Counted from the first letter of the stretch, positions 36,745-45,670 are shown. The stretch is 64,000 bases of DNA from Candidatus Azambacteria bacterium (GCA_016200965.1 JACQDT010000001.1:3544-67543); one strand, 5' to 3'. The notes: generated by a model not told the origin, from the sequence alone. Translations and numbers: made by a program.

Positions 36745-37121
36745 ATAATTTTTTCAAAAAGACGGCAATAAGGTTCGCGCCGATTTTAGGCGCAGGAGCC
36801 ATAGGGGTCTGCCCGCTTTGTTGGATTGGCTCGGCATCGCTTCTCACCTATCTGGGGCTCGGTGCGCTTATCCCGTATTGGCGCTGGATCGGTTTTAGCC
36901 TCATCGCCCTGGGAGCGGCCGGGTTCCTCCTTGATTATCGCTCCCACAGAAATCCTTACCCGCTTATATCTCTTGCCCTCGGGGCGATGCTTCTCTATGT
37001 CGGCCGGTATGTATTTTTGAGCACGTGGGGCGCATGGCAAATTTGGGGGCCAGGTGCAGCGCTGATCATTGCAGCCGTTGTGTATAACAAATGGCTCTTT
37101 AGAAAACCGAGGACGATATGA
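36741..37121 (+). CDS. small membrane protein with CPLC motif in first TM helix (MerT/MerF-like metal-binding?)
   Basis: 4-TM 126-aa ORF overlapping the arsR stop. GVCPLCW motif at the TM1 entrance. Confidence 0.35.
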   Translation: MNNFFKKTAIRFAPILGAGAIGVCPLCWIGSASLLTYLGLGALIPYWRWIGFSLIALGAAGFLLDYRSHRNPYPLISLALGAMLLYVGRYVFLSTWGAWQIWGPGAALIIAAVVYNKWLFRKPRTI

Positions 37122-38143
37122 ATCTCCCAAAGCCAGCATCCATAATCATAGGGGGATTGTTCATTGCAGTCTTGGGATATTCCGTTTTGTCGCGCACTCT
37201 GTTCCAGAACGACTTTCCCATGCCGCAAGGCGGAGAAACCAAAAAAGAAACAAAGGGAATTATGATAACGGACGGCGTGAAACATAGCGTGCCGCTTGAT
37301 GAAATCATCGGAGGCGGCCCTTCAAAAGACGGCATACCGTCCATTGATAAGCCAAAGTTTGTTGTTCTTGCGGAAGCCAACTCGTTCTTGAAGGACTCCG
37401 AGCCGGGCATTGCGTTAGAGATGGGCGGCGTGAGCCGATTTTATCCGTTCCAAATTCTCGTGTGGCATGAAATTGTGAATGACACGATTGGCGGCACGCG
37501 CGTGCTGGTAACCTATTGCCCTTTGTGTCTTTCGGGAATTGTCTTTGATCCGGCAGTAAATGGCGAGCGCGTCGAATTCGGCACTTCGGGTAAATTATGG
37601 AATTCCAATTTAGTCATGTATGACCGCAAGACCGATTCGTTATGGTCGCAAATTTTGGGTGAAGCGATTGTCGGAGAGATGACGGGCATGAAGCTCGCGG
37701 TTCTCCCGTCCGACATGATCCGCTTCGGAGATTTCAAAAAATTGCATCCTGAGGGCAGCGTTCTTTCCCGCGACACGGGTACAACGCGCTTCTACGGCCA
37801 AGACCCGTACGGCGATTACTACACGACCCCGGGAACTTATTTCCCGGTCGGCAAAAAGGATGCCCGTCTTAATGAAAAAGATTTTGTCCTTGGCGTTGTC
37901 GTCAATGGAAAAGCAAAAGCATATTGGCCGGAAGCGGTGAAAAAAGCCGGCGAGGTAACGGATCGGTTTGAAGGAAAAGATATCGTTGCGCGATACGAAA
38001 AAGAGGTTGACGCGGTGCGTCTTTTTTCCGCCGAAGGCGGATCCGCCTCTGGCGGAGAGAAGAAATTAGTACGCATCAATTCATTCGGCGCGTTCTGGTT
38101 TTCCTGGGTTGCCGCGCATCCGGAGACGGAGTTGTACAAATGA
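37118..38143 (+). CDS. DUF3179-family secreted protein
   Basis: N-terminal signal anchor. YCPLC ... WNSNLVMYDRKTDSLWSQ pattern characteristic of DUF3179. The C-terminus contains the in-frame palindromic element encoding [10 protein letters not shown]. Confidence 0.55.
   Translation: MNLPKPASIIIGGLFIAVLGYSVLSRTLFQNDFPMPQGGETKKETKGIMITDGVKHSVPLDEIIGGGPSKDGIPSIDKPKFVVLAEANSFLKDSEPGIALEMGGVSRFYPFQILVWHEIVNDTIGGTRVLVTYCPLCLSGIVFDPAVNGERVEFGTSGKLWNSNLVMYDRKTDSLWSQILGEAIVGEMTGMKLAVLPSDMIRFGDFKKLHPEGSVLSRDTGTTRFYGQDPYGDYYTTPGTYFPVGKKDARLNEKDFVLGVVVNGKAKAYWPEAVKKAGEVTDRFEGKDIVARYEKEVDAVRLFSAEGGSASGGEKKLVRINSFGAFWFSWVAAHPETELYK
38018..38045. repeat. 28-bp GC-rich palindrome ccgccgaaggcggatccgcctctggcgg, in frame inside the DUF3179 gene
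   Basis: Near-identical to the element at 36099-36126 in reverse-complement-equivalent form. Encodes the same [10 protein letters not shown] peptide. Confidence 0.8.
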
Positions 38144-38147
38144 GAAT

Positions 38148-38393
38148 ATGAGAATCATCATTTACACAAAAACGGGGTGTCCGTGGGCGCGAGAGGTGAT
38201 GGATTTTCTGACGAAGCGTGGCATCGTGTTCGAAGAGCGGAACATGCTTGAACATCCGGAGTATCAAAAAGAAGCGCTGGATAAGTCGGGTCAATGGAAA
38301 TCCCCCACGTTGGACATTGACGGGCACATCCTTCCCGATTCGGATGCGGCGCAGGTTGAGGAATATCTTGATAAAAAGGTCGAAAAAAATTAA
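38148..38393 (+). CDS. glutaredoxin-fold small protein with single active-site Cys (CPWA)
   Basis: MRIIIYTKTGCPWAREVMDFL ... GQWKSPTLDIDG glutaredoxin fold, with the second Cys of CPYC replaced by Ala. Start trimmed to the internal Met. Confidence 0.55.
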   Translation: MRIIIYTKTGCPWAREVMDFLTKRGIVFEERNMLEHPEYQKEALDKSGQWKSPTLDIDGHILPDSDAAQVEEYLDKKVEKN

Positions 38394-38420
38394 TAAAATA
38401 ACTTAATCAAACAATACAAT

Positions 38421-38582
38421 ATGGATCAAAAAGACAGCAAAACAACCTGCATGGCATGTGCCTGCCCATGCGAAATGCATAAAGAGCACAATCATCCGGT
38501 TGAAAAGAAAGAGGCAAAGGTGTGCACAATGTGCGGTCACGAGCACAAAGCCGATGGCTCGTGCGATTGCGGCTGCAAGTAA
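38421..38582 (+). CDS. 53-aa Cys/His-rich metallothionein-like peptide (not in ORF track)
   Basis: MDQKDSKTTCMACACPCEMHKEHNHPVEKKEAKVCTMCGHEHKADGSCDCGCK has 9 Cys and 5 His in CxC/CxxC clusters. Sits in the metal/redox island. Confidence 0.5.
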   Translation: MDQKDSKTTCMACACPCEMHKEHNHPVEKKEAKVCTMCGHEHKADGSCDCGCK

Positions 38583-38591
38583 TCACCGATC

Positions 38592-39116
38592 ATGAATAGG
38601 GTTTTACCCATCATTATCGGAGTTTTGATTGTCGGGGGCGTGGGTTGGCTGGTAGTTTCCAGCCGCAACGCCCCCGAACGATCAAACCAGCAAGCGGAGT
38701 CAGAGAAAGCGCCGGATTTTAATCTCAAAGATTATAGTGGCAATACAGTGAGGATTGCGGATTTTCAGGGCAAACCGCTGGTGATAAACTCCTGGGCGGC
38801 ATGGTGCTCATTCTGCCGCAAAGAGCTCGTTGATTTTGTAACGGTTCAGAAAGAATTCGGCGACCGAGTCATTATTATTGCGGTTGACCGCGCCGAATCG
38901 CTCACCGTGGCAAAAAAATACACCGATGAACTCGGCGTAACCAATGGAATGTTGTTCTTGCTTGACCCTACCGATCCTTTTTTTCAATCTATCGGCGGGT
39001 TTTCAATGCCGGAAACAATTTTTGCTGATGCGAAAGGCACTATCGTATTCCATAAAAGAGGACCGATGAATGTTCAGGAAATGCGCGAGAAAATTCAACA
39101 GCTTTTATCGCGATAG
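38592..39116 (+). CDS. TlpA/ResA-like thiol-disulfide oxidoreductase
   Basis: Signal anchor plus thioredoxin fold with WAAWCSFCRKE (CxxC). Confidence 0.7.
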   Translation: MNRVLPIIIGVLIVGGVGWLVVSSRNAPERSNQQAESEKAPDFNLKDYSGNTVRIADFQGKPLVINSWAAWCSFCRKELVDFVTVQKEFGDRVIIIAVDRAESLTVAKKYTDELGVTNGMLFLLDPTDPFFQSIGGFSMPETIFADAKGTIVFHKRGPMNVQEMREKIQQLLSR

Positions 39117-39120
39117 ATAA

Positions 39121-39876
39121 ATGGACATTTCTCTCATCATCCCCGCGTTCATTGCCGGCGTTCTCACATTCCTTGCGCCATGCACACTTCCCTTGGTGCC
39201 GGGTTATCTGGGATTTATCAGCGGCGTTTCCATCAATGACCTCGAAGATCCGCAAAAATCCGCATCAGCTCGCAGAAAAATTTTTTTGAATGGACTTTTG
39301 TTTGTTGTCGGTTTCAGTTTTATTTTTATACTGCTTGGCAGCCTTTTTGGTCTGGGCGGCTCCGCTCTTGTTCACTATCGGATTTGGCTCTCGCGAATCG
39401 GCGGTATTTTCGTAATACTTTTTGGGCTTTTTATGATCGGAGTTTTGCGGCTGCCATTTTTGAATGTTGAAAAAAATATCAGAGCAATTATGGCGTTGAA
39501 GCCGGGCAATCCGGCAAGTTCTCTCATTTTCGGAGCAACATTTGCTTTTGGCTGGACCCCCTGCGTGGGACCTATTCTTGGTTCAATCCTGACGCTTGCC
39601 GCGGCGTCTGCAACAGTCGGCCAAGGAGCCTTTCTTCTTTCTATTTTCTCATTTGGCCTTGCGGCGCCCTTTCTCCTTATCGCCGCGGGTATCGGTTCCG
39701 CGTCTTCCTACATCACGAAGTTGAGCGGGTACCTTACTGTTGTTTCGGTGATCGGAGGGATATTCCTCATTTTCCTCGGCACTTTGCTTCTGACCAATAA
39801 GTTTGGCGTATGGATTGCATACTTCTACCAATGGTTCAGTTTTATAAACTATGATAGTTTGTTATATTACTTGTAA
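39121..39876 (+). CDS. ccdA: cytochrome c-type biogenesis protein CcdA, second copy
   Basis: FLAPCTLPLVPGYLGFISG and GWTPCVGPILGSIL motifs. Paired with the upstream TlpA-like gene. Confidence 0.8.
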   Translation: MDISLIIPAFIAGVLTFLAPCTLPLVPGYLGFISGVSINDLEDPQKSASARRKIFLNGLLFVVGFSFIFILLGSLFGLGGSALVHYRIWLSRIGGIFVILFGLFMIGVLRLPFLNVEKNIRAIMALKPGNPASSLIFGATFAFGWTPCVGPILGSILTLAAASATVGQGAFLLSIFSFGLAAPFLLIAAGIGSASSYITKLSGYLTVVSVIGGIFLIFLGTLLLTNKFGVWIAYFYQWFSFINYDSLLYYL

Positions 39877-39878
39877 TT

Positions 39879-40052
39879 ATGGTTAGGGTCATACAACAAA
39901 ACGAAAAAATACTATACCAGTGTGGGGAGTGTGGTTTCCACTATAAAGATCAAACACAAGCGGAAAAATGTGAGGCGTGGTGCAAAGAGCATCACAGTTG
40001 CAACATTGAGATCATCGCTCACGCAGTAGAAAATACGAAAAACAAGCAGTAG
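39879..40052 (+). CDS. 57-aa putative zinc-ribbon protein
   Basis: MVRVIQQNEKILYQCGECGFHYKDQTQAEKCEAWCKEHHSC has a CxxC...CxxxC arrangement. Starts 2 nt after the ccdA stop. Confidence 0.35.
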   Translation: MVRVIQQNEKILYQCGECGFHYKDQTQAEKCEAWCKEHHSCNIEIIAHAVENTKNKQ

Positions 40053-40064
40053 GTTCTCCTAAAA

Positions 40065-40574
40065 CTATTCAACGACGAGCTTCCCCACCATCCCCTGCTG
40101 GCGATGCTGGCCGACACTGCAATAATATTCGAAGGTGCCCGCCTTATCGGCGGTGAATTCCACGCTTGAGGACTTCCCTGCCTCAACCTGCGGTGCCTGC
40201 GCGTTGAACCCGTCCACCACCCAATCATGCGGCCATCCGCCCGCGTTGGTGAAATTAATCCTCACTTTATCGCCTTTTTTTACCCTGATCTCCGACGGGG
40301 TGAACGAGAAATTCTGCCCGCTGACACTGAACGTCTTCACTGCTCCCATCATACCCGCGCCCATCATCATTGAACCATCCGGCATCATGTGCGTGCCGAC
40401 GCCGCTTTCTTTCATCATATTCCCCATATCATGCGCAACGCTTCCTGGCTCAACGGCACCGCCTGATGTTATCGGCTTTTGAACGGGCTGCGGCAATGCC
40501 GCGGAACTAAAGTAATATATCCCTCCGGCAACTATCACCCCCGACATAACAAGCGCAAAAATCCCTTTTGACAT
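40065..40574 (-). CDS. cupredoxin (plastocyanin/azurin-like blue copper protein) with Met/His-rich N-terminal region
   Basis: Type-1 Cu ligands: H in GWPHDW, and C/H/M in YYCSVGQHRQQGM. Met-rich HDMGNMMKESGVGTHMMPDGSMMMGAGMMG segment. Signal anchor. Confidence 0.7.
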   Translation of the reverse strand: MSKGIFALVMSGVIVAGGIYYFSSAALPQPVQKPITSGGAVEPGSVAHDMGNMMKESGVGTHMMPDGSMMMGAGMMGAVKTFSVSGQNFSFTPSEIRVKKGDKVRINFTNAGGWPHDWVVDGFNAQAPQVEAGKSSSVEFTADKAGTFEYYCSVGQHRQQGMVGKLVVE

Positions 40575-40593
40575 AATAATGTTGTTTTAATAA

Positions 40594-41625
40594 TTACTTG
40601 AAATACGCGGTGAAATCCAATACCAGTAGCACAAACCAGCCGATGAGCAATATCAGCCAGCCAAAAATCAGCACGATCTCCATCCGCTTATTGAACGACA
40701 GCGCAAAATTTTCCGACGCCATATTATAGATATCCTCAAGCGTTTCGAACTTCTCCTTGATATTGCGCCGCCATTCGTCAAGATGGAACTTTTTTTCAAC
40801 CAGATCAAACACTTTCGCCGAATACCAGTCGCCGATGAGCTTCACGTTCCGATCAACCGCTTCAAACTCGATGATGGAACGGGAGCGCGCGTAGATCATC
40901 TTCCGCACGACTTCTTTCATTTCGCCGCCTTTAAATACGCTGAATCGCTGTTTGTGATGCGTGTGCAATAATCTGGATAATTTGTTCAGCCGACGGTCAA
41001 GCTCAAAATCCAATATGCGATAGCGCAGGAGCTGATAATTCCCGATTTCCAGAAGCTCGATCGTTTCTTCAAACGCCCCGCTTGAGTCAAAGATGAACGC
41101 GCCGTCCCAGTCCACCATCAGCAAGTCATTCTTGCCATATTTAATGCTCGCCTCCAGGGTGCGCGCGATCTCCTTTTCGTCCAGCGGCTCTTTTTCGCTC
41201 TTCACCAGCGCGGCGATGAGCGGCGCGTGCGTAAAGAATTTCTCCGGCTCGCCCGCATACTGCGACACGCAAAACATCCCGTATTCTTCCTCAAAATCCT
41301 TATAGGTATCGTAGCGCTTCAGTATCTCGCGCGAAGCGACTATCATCTTTTCTTTTAGATCAAGCATGTCCCATTGGAACATGTCCCCCGTGTCTGCCGT
41401 GCCTTCCACGAAAATGATGTTCTGCGGATAGCCCTTGGTCACGAATGTTATTTCTCTCCCGTCAATGATCTGCTTTGTCTGCCCTATCATCTTCTGTTCG
41501 GGAATAGCGCCCACGTACGCGGGCGCGCTGCGCACTTCCTTCACCTCTCCCGGCGCAACAACGCCGCCAAAGCTTTCTTTGGTTTCGGTCATCAGCATCG
41601 TCACGATTTTCCCGGGGATTGGCAT
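40594..41625 (-). CDS. hypothetical protein with C-terminal TM anchor
   Basis: 343-aa ORF upstream of, and co-oriented with, the cupredoxin gene. No recognisable motif. Confidence 0.35.
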   Translation of the reverse strand: MPIPGKIVTMLMTETKESFGGVVAPGEVKEVRSAPAYVGAIPEQKMIGQTKQIIDGREITFVTKGYPQNIIFVEGTADTGDMFQWDMLDLKEKMIVASREILKRYDTYKDFEEEYGMFCVSQYAGEPEKFFTHAPLIAALVKSEKEPLDEKEIARTLEASIKYGKNDLLMVDWDGAFIFDSSGAFEETIELLEIGNYQLLRYRILDFELDRRLNKLSRLLHTHHKQRFSVFKGGEMKEVVRKMIYARSRSIIEFEAVDRNVKLIGDWYSAKVFDLVEKKFHLDEWRRNIKEKFETLEDIYNMASENFALSFNKRMEIVLIFGWLILLIGWFVLLVLDFTAYFK

Positions 41626-41652
41626 ATTTTTATCTGCGCCTATCTATGTATA

Positions 41653-43227
41653 TTAAACTGTTCTTTTGATGTAACGCAACCCCACGAAAAAAATACCGAT
41701 GATTCCTAAAATAAAAAGGTACGTGTTCCACGGAAACGCGTGTGCCGCAAGCGCCACGGGCGCCTGTTTTTCGTCTCGCGCTTCTTTGGCGGTGGATGCG
41801 ACCGTTGTCTCGCTTCCTTCGCTTTTTGCCTCCGCCGGCGCCACAACATCTTGAAACTGCGGCGCGGGCGCCACGGTCGGTTTTTTGATTTCTATCGCGG
41901 AAACCGGAGAAGAAGAAATTCCGCCGGCTGGCTCTTGCGCGGAAAGAAACATATTTGTTCCGCCCGGCGTGGGGCTTTGTGTCCATACGAATCGTTCGTC
42001 ATACGACGACTGCTCCGCTCTCTGCGTTCGCGGGTTGCCGTCATCGGCGCGCGCGACCGACCAGCACATCTTTGCATTTTCATATGTAACCTCATGCGCC
42101 GTCTGGCCTGTCGGATATGATAATACAACATGCCCCGACAAAGGAAATGTTATCTTGAGCGTGTCTCCGGAAAACACGAGAAATCCGCCGCCCGCGATGA
42201 ATGTATGTTCCGGAACACGAAACATCGCGGCGGACCCGCCTATTCCTATGCTCCATCCGGATAAATCCGCAAACGAATCGCTTGTATTATACAATTCAAG
42301 CCACTGCCCGCCGCTTTCAGATGAAGGAAGAAATTCGGAAATAACGACGCTCTGCGCGTATATGGTCGCCTCTATTTGATCCTGACTTGAGTGCGAGCCG
42401 TCCGATACCGTCAGCACCGCGACATACTTCCCCGGAAACTGATACCGATGCATGGTCGTTTTTCCTTCGGCAACATTCCCGTCGCCGAAATTCCATGAAA
42501 ACGCGAGTAAACCGGCGCCCGTTGATCGTGAGGCGTCAAATGAAACCGCATCTCCCGCAACAGCGACGATATTGGCGCCCGCATCAGCAACAATGGTATT
42601 TTGGGAAGCGGCGGAAGCACCCGACGGTTGCGCCGTCGTCTGGGACGAAGAAGACGGAGAAACACCTGCCCCGCTGTTTGGCGCGCGAGGCGTGCCATGT
42701 ATCGGATTGCCTTTCACATCCATCCCGTTTTGTGCCGTTCCGTCATTCGTATGCCATCCTTGCGCGTCTTTTTCCATTGACGCGTAATCGGGCGAAGCGG
42801 ACCCCGCGGGCCAACCGGAGGAAAAATCTATATTGTCCACAACGTTTCCCGCGTTATCTTTCAGCACTACATGCTCTCCGGAATTATTCAATCCGCTCCC
42901 CCCAAATGAGCCCGTCTCATCGGCGGGAACATCTGCGATGACGGTGTCATCGGTCCGTTCAATAAGATAATATCCGTTCGCGGATATTTTTTTCGTCAAC
43001 GCAATGACAAGCGTGCTCCCGCCCGCCTCGTACAGTCCCCAACCCGCAAGATCAATTTCGGCGTTCGTCGCATTTTTCAGTTCCACCCATTCATCGGCGC
43101 TGTTGGCTTTTGTCCCCATCCACCCAACTTCGTTTATCACCACATCGCCCGCGCCCGCGGCAAACACATATAAAGGGATGCTCCACACAACAAGCAACGC
43201 CTGAAAAAGAATTCTTGCGATTCGCAT
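41653..43227 (-). CDS. secreted protein with two lamin-tail domains and a PKD domain; carries one 42-bp repeat insertion
   Basis: Lamin-tail-domain signatures VVINEVGWMG ... DEWVELKN ... DLAGWGL and VVISEFLPS ... QWLELYN ... DLSGWSI. PKD-like FSWNFGDGNVAEG. DDG-NPRTQRAEQSSYD-ERF insert. Confidence 0.6.
   Translation of the reverse strand: MRIARILFQALLVVWSIPLYVFAAGAGDVVINEVGWMGTKANSADEWVELKNATNAEIDLAGWGLYEAGGSTLVIALTKKISANGYYLIERTDDTVIADVPADETGSFGGSGLNNSGEHVVLKDNAGNVVDNIDFSSGWPAGSASPDYASMEKDAQGWHTNDGTAQNGMDVKGNPIHGTPRAPNSGAGVSPSSSSQTTAQPSGASAASQNTIVADAGANIVAVAGDAVSFDASRSTGAGLLAFSWNFGDGNVAEGKTTMHRYQFPGKYVAVLTVSDGSHSSQDQIEATIYAQSVVISEFLPSSESGGQWLELYNTSDSFADLSGWSIGIGGSAAMFRVPEHTFIAGGGFLVFSGDTLKITFPLSGHVVLSYPTGQTAHEVTYENAKMCWSVARADDGNPRTQRAEQSSYDERFVWTQSPTPGGTNMFLSAQEPAGGISSSPVSAIEIKKPTVAPAPQFQDVVAPAEAKSEGSETTVASTAKEARDEKQAPVALAAHAFPWNTYLFILGIIGIFFVGLRYIKRTV
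41998..42039 (+). repeat. 42-bp intragenic repeat unit, copy 4
   Basis: Exact unit followed by a partial gtcatc. In frame in the lamin-tail-domain gene. Confidence 0.9.
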
Positions 43228-43308
43228 ATCGCCAATGTTACCACAAAAGGAAAACGAAAGACCAGAGCGCCGCGGCGCTCTGGTCTTTCACCGGAATATC
43301 AGCTCCGT

Positions 43309-44040
43309 TCAGGAATCTTTGGATGCTAATTTCTTTACTGCAACGTAGAGTCCTCCACCCACAAGAAGCATGATAGCAAACCCAACAACTATCGCAACAA
43401 GGGTGCTGTCGGTGCCGAGAGTCAGAACGCTTGCAGCCAGAAACAGCGCGGGGCGCTGTGGCAGTTCCGGAGCCGGCTCGCCTGCCGTTACTGCCACGAC
43501 GGGTAGTGGCTTTTCGGTCACGACGACGCCTGGTTGCGACTCCCCACTTCCCACAACAGGCAATTCCGCGCTTGCCCCTGCCTCTCCGCTCGTGGCAAGA
43601 GGGGAAAACAGTGCGGGTGATGTTTCGGCGGGCTGAGAAGAAGCGGGGGCTTGTACCGCAGGCGGCGCCGGAGTAACTTCCGTCACGGGAGCAGGTTGCG
43701 TAACGAAACTATACTCTGAAGCGTCGAGAATCTCGTTTGAGATAAGCCGGAAGTAATAGAGCATCGCCGGCGTAAGCCCATTGACAGTCACGCTGTGATG
43801 CGTCACCCCGCTCGGGTCAAATGTTGAAGTGGAAAACGCATAGCCGTAATTCGGGCCAACCGAGCTTGTGCTATGCGCCGCGGTGTCGTACACCACGCGG
43901 CTGGTGGAATTGTAGTTCGTGCTCCATGTTACGGTCGCAGTATTATCTGTGGTCGTCGCGGAATCCTCAATGGTTGAAAACGCATAGCCATAATTGGGCG
44001 CGTCGCCTAAAACCGGATGTGAAACAATATCATAAATCAC
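43309..44040 (-). CDS. cell-surface protein fragment (C-terminal part of adhesin-like gene; FN3-like repeats, TM anchor)
   Basis: Repeated SRV(I/V)YD ... GPNYGYAFST modules and a C-terminal TM helix. Same reading frame as 44068..45018, separated from it only by one TGA. Confidence 0.5.
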   Translation of the reverse strand: MIYDIVSHPVLGDAPNYGYAFSTIEDSATTTDNTATVTWSTNYNSTSRVVYDTAAHSTSSVGPNYGYAFSTSTFDPSGVTHHSVTVNGLTPAMLYYFRLISNEILDASEYSFVTQPAPVTEVTPAPPAVQAPASSQPAETSPALFSPLATSGEAGASAELPVVGSGESQPGVVVTEKPLPVVAVTAGEPAPELPQRPALFLAASVLTLGTDSTLVAIVVGFAIMLLVGGGLYVAVKKLASKDS

Positions 44041-44067
44041 ACGGCTTGTATCGGAAAAGTCCGTTGT

Positions 44068-45018
44068 TCACGTAATAACGGTTGAGGTTTGCTCCGCTCC
44101 CGCCGCCGCCTCTTGGCTGATGACGAGCAGTTTATGATTGCCGAAGTCAACGCCGTTGATTACATCTCCCAGATGGACAGTAATGGGGTCCGAGCTAGAC
44201 GCCGTTTGTGTCCAGCCACTTTGCGGGACCTCACGAACATTATACGTTCCCACCGATAAACCGGAAAATGTATAATTACCGCTTTCGTCCGTCGTGGTTG
44301 CTGTTTCGCCTTCGGTGAATATTCCATCGTCATTAGCATCAAAATAAATAGTCCACCCCGCAATCCCCGGATCACTTTCATCCTTAACGCCATCACCATC
44401 TTGGTCGTTGAACTTCGTACCAGAAATTGTTCCCGGCTGATCATCATTGGTAATAGTGCAAAGAGCCGTCTGGCCAAGCGCGAGAGCAACCGTACTGGTT
44501 GCAGTTTGTGTACCCGTACCGGTACAAACCCAATCGCTTGCCGCGTAGCCGGCGGGGCCTGATTCGGAAAGCGTGTACGTGCCAGCGGAAAACGTCGCAT
44601 CGCTGGAAGTCGCGCCCGCTCCTGAAATTGAAGTCGGACCGGTTGCCGTCAGCGTCCAGTCGGTGGTCGTTGCCGCGCCGCCGTTGTCGTTCACCACGAC
44701 TTTATTAAGCGTAAGCGAAGGCGTGATGTCGTCGTTGGTGATAGTGCAGGTTTTATTTTGACCAGCCGTCAGTGTGATAGTGCCATTGGCGGCGCAATCA
44801 CCGCTGATGGTTCCCGTGTAGCCAGCTTGTGAGGTCTCGGAGACGGTGTGAAGGTCTGCCGATGTCGTGCTCGCCACGCCGCTTGTGACGGAGAAGCCGT
44901 CAATGAAAAGAGGAAAGTCGGCAACGACTTTCGTGCCGCCGTTGTCGTTGACAACAATTTTGGTGACGGTAAGCGTGGCGGTGGTTGGAGCCGCTTTAAG
45001 AGCAACCTGCTGCGCCAC
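44068..45018 (-). CDS. cell-surface adhesin-like protein fragment (central part; DUF11 and SdrD-B/Cna-B-like repeats)
   Basis: Repeated TLT(V)TK(I/V)VVNDNGG ... CTITNDD modules. KFNDQDGDGVKDESDPGIAGWTIY SdrD-B-like segment. The ORF stays open upstream to 45345 with no start codon. Confidence 0.5.
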   Translation of the reverse strand: MAQQVALKAAPTTATLTVTKIVVNDNGGTKVVADFPLFIDGFSVTSGVASTTSADLHTVSETSQAGYTGTISGDCAANGTITLTAGQNKTCTITNDDITPSLTLNKVVVNDNGGAATTTDWTLTATGPTSISGAGATSSDATFSAGTYTLSESGPAGYAASDWVCTGTGTQTATSTVALALGQTALCTITNDDQPGTISGTKFNDQDGDGVKDESDPGIAGWTIYFDANDDGIFTEGETATTTDESGNYTFSGLSVGTYNVREVPQSGWTQTASSSDPITVHLGDVINGVDFGNHKLLVISQEAAAGAEQTSTVIT

Positions 45019-45295
45019 CCACTTATCAACGCCACCGCTGGTTAGAGAACTTTTTGTACCAGTCGCGCCAACGACTGCTTGTGTGTAGTCATCTGCAGTT
45101 GTGGCTGGCTTACCACCAGCATTCGCAAGATCATAACGTTCAGAGGCTCCAGCGACTATAGCGAATGTATCAGAACTTTCCTCCGCAAAAAATACAACTA
45201 CAAGATCATTAGCTTGAGTCGTTGTTATTGAAGGAGCTAAGGGAGTATCAGTATTACCAGTATTTCCATCATCAGCATCAATGGGACTAGAAGTA

Positions 45296-45670
45296 TCAAC
45301 TCCAGCGTAACGGATAATGCCTCCTGCCGGCTGGCGGAGTAATGGTCACATCGCTACCTTTATCGACAGCAATGCCAGCAATTAGAAAGTCACCAGAAAC
45401 GGTTAAAGAAGGTTTACTAATGACAAGAGTGGTCGCTCCGCCAGACGCGTTTGCGGCTGATTCAACTGAACCGAAACTTATCGCCGCAAAAACAGGCGAA
45501 ACAGAAGCCGGCAAAAAAGCCATGGTGGACAACACCATCGCCGCGATAACCCATGCCGAAAGGAGCGGGGTCAGCAACGCGCTTTGTTGCTTCGCGTATC
45601 CACGCAGACCTCCGGAAAAAATCCGCAAGAATTTTCCCTGCCTATGCTTTTTGTATACTCTTTTTGGCAT
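45296..45670 (-). CDS. cell-surface adhesin-like protein fragment (N-terminal signal-anchor part)
   Basis: Signal anchor LLTPLLSAWVIAAMVLSTMAF. The C-terminal 17 codons overlap the -1 frame that continues into 44068..45018. Confidence 0.45.
   Translation of the reverse strand: MPKRVYKKHRQGKFLRIFSGGLRGYAKQQSALLTPLLSAWVIAAMVLSTMAFLPASVSPVFAAISFGSVESAANASGGATTLVISKPSLTVSGDFLIAGIAVDKGSDVTITPPAGRRHYPLRWS

Noticed and set aside
44068-44070. In-frame TGA in the adhesin gene as evidence of TGA recoding (code 25 or selenocysteine)
   Set aside because: rpmE and many other genes in the window terminate at TGA. No selenocysteine-machinery context is present. A nonsense mutation or a base error is more likely.
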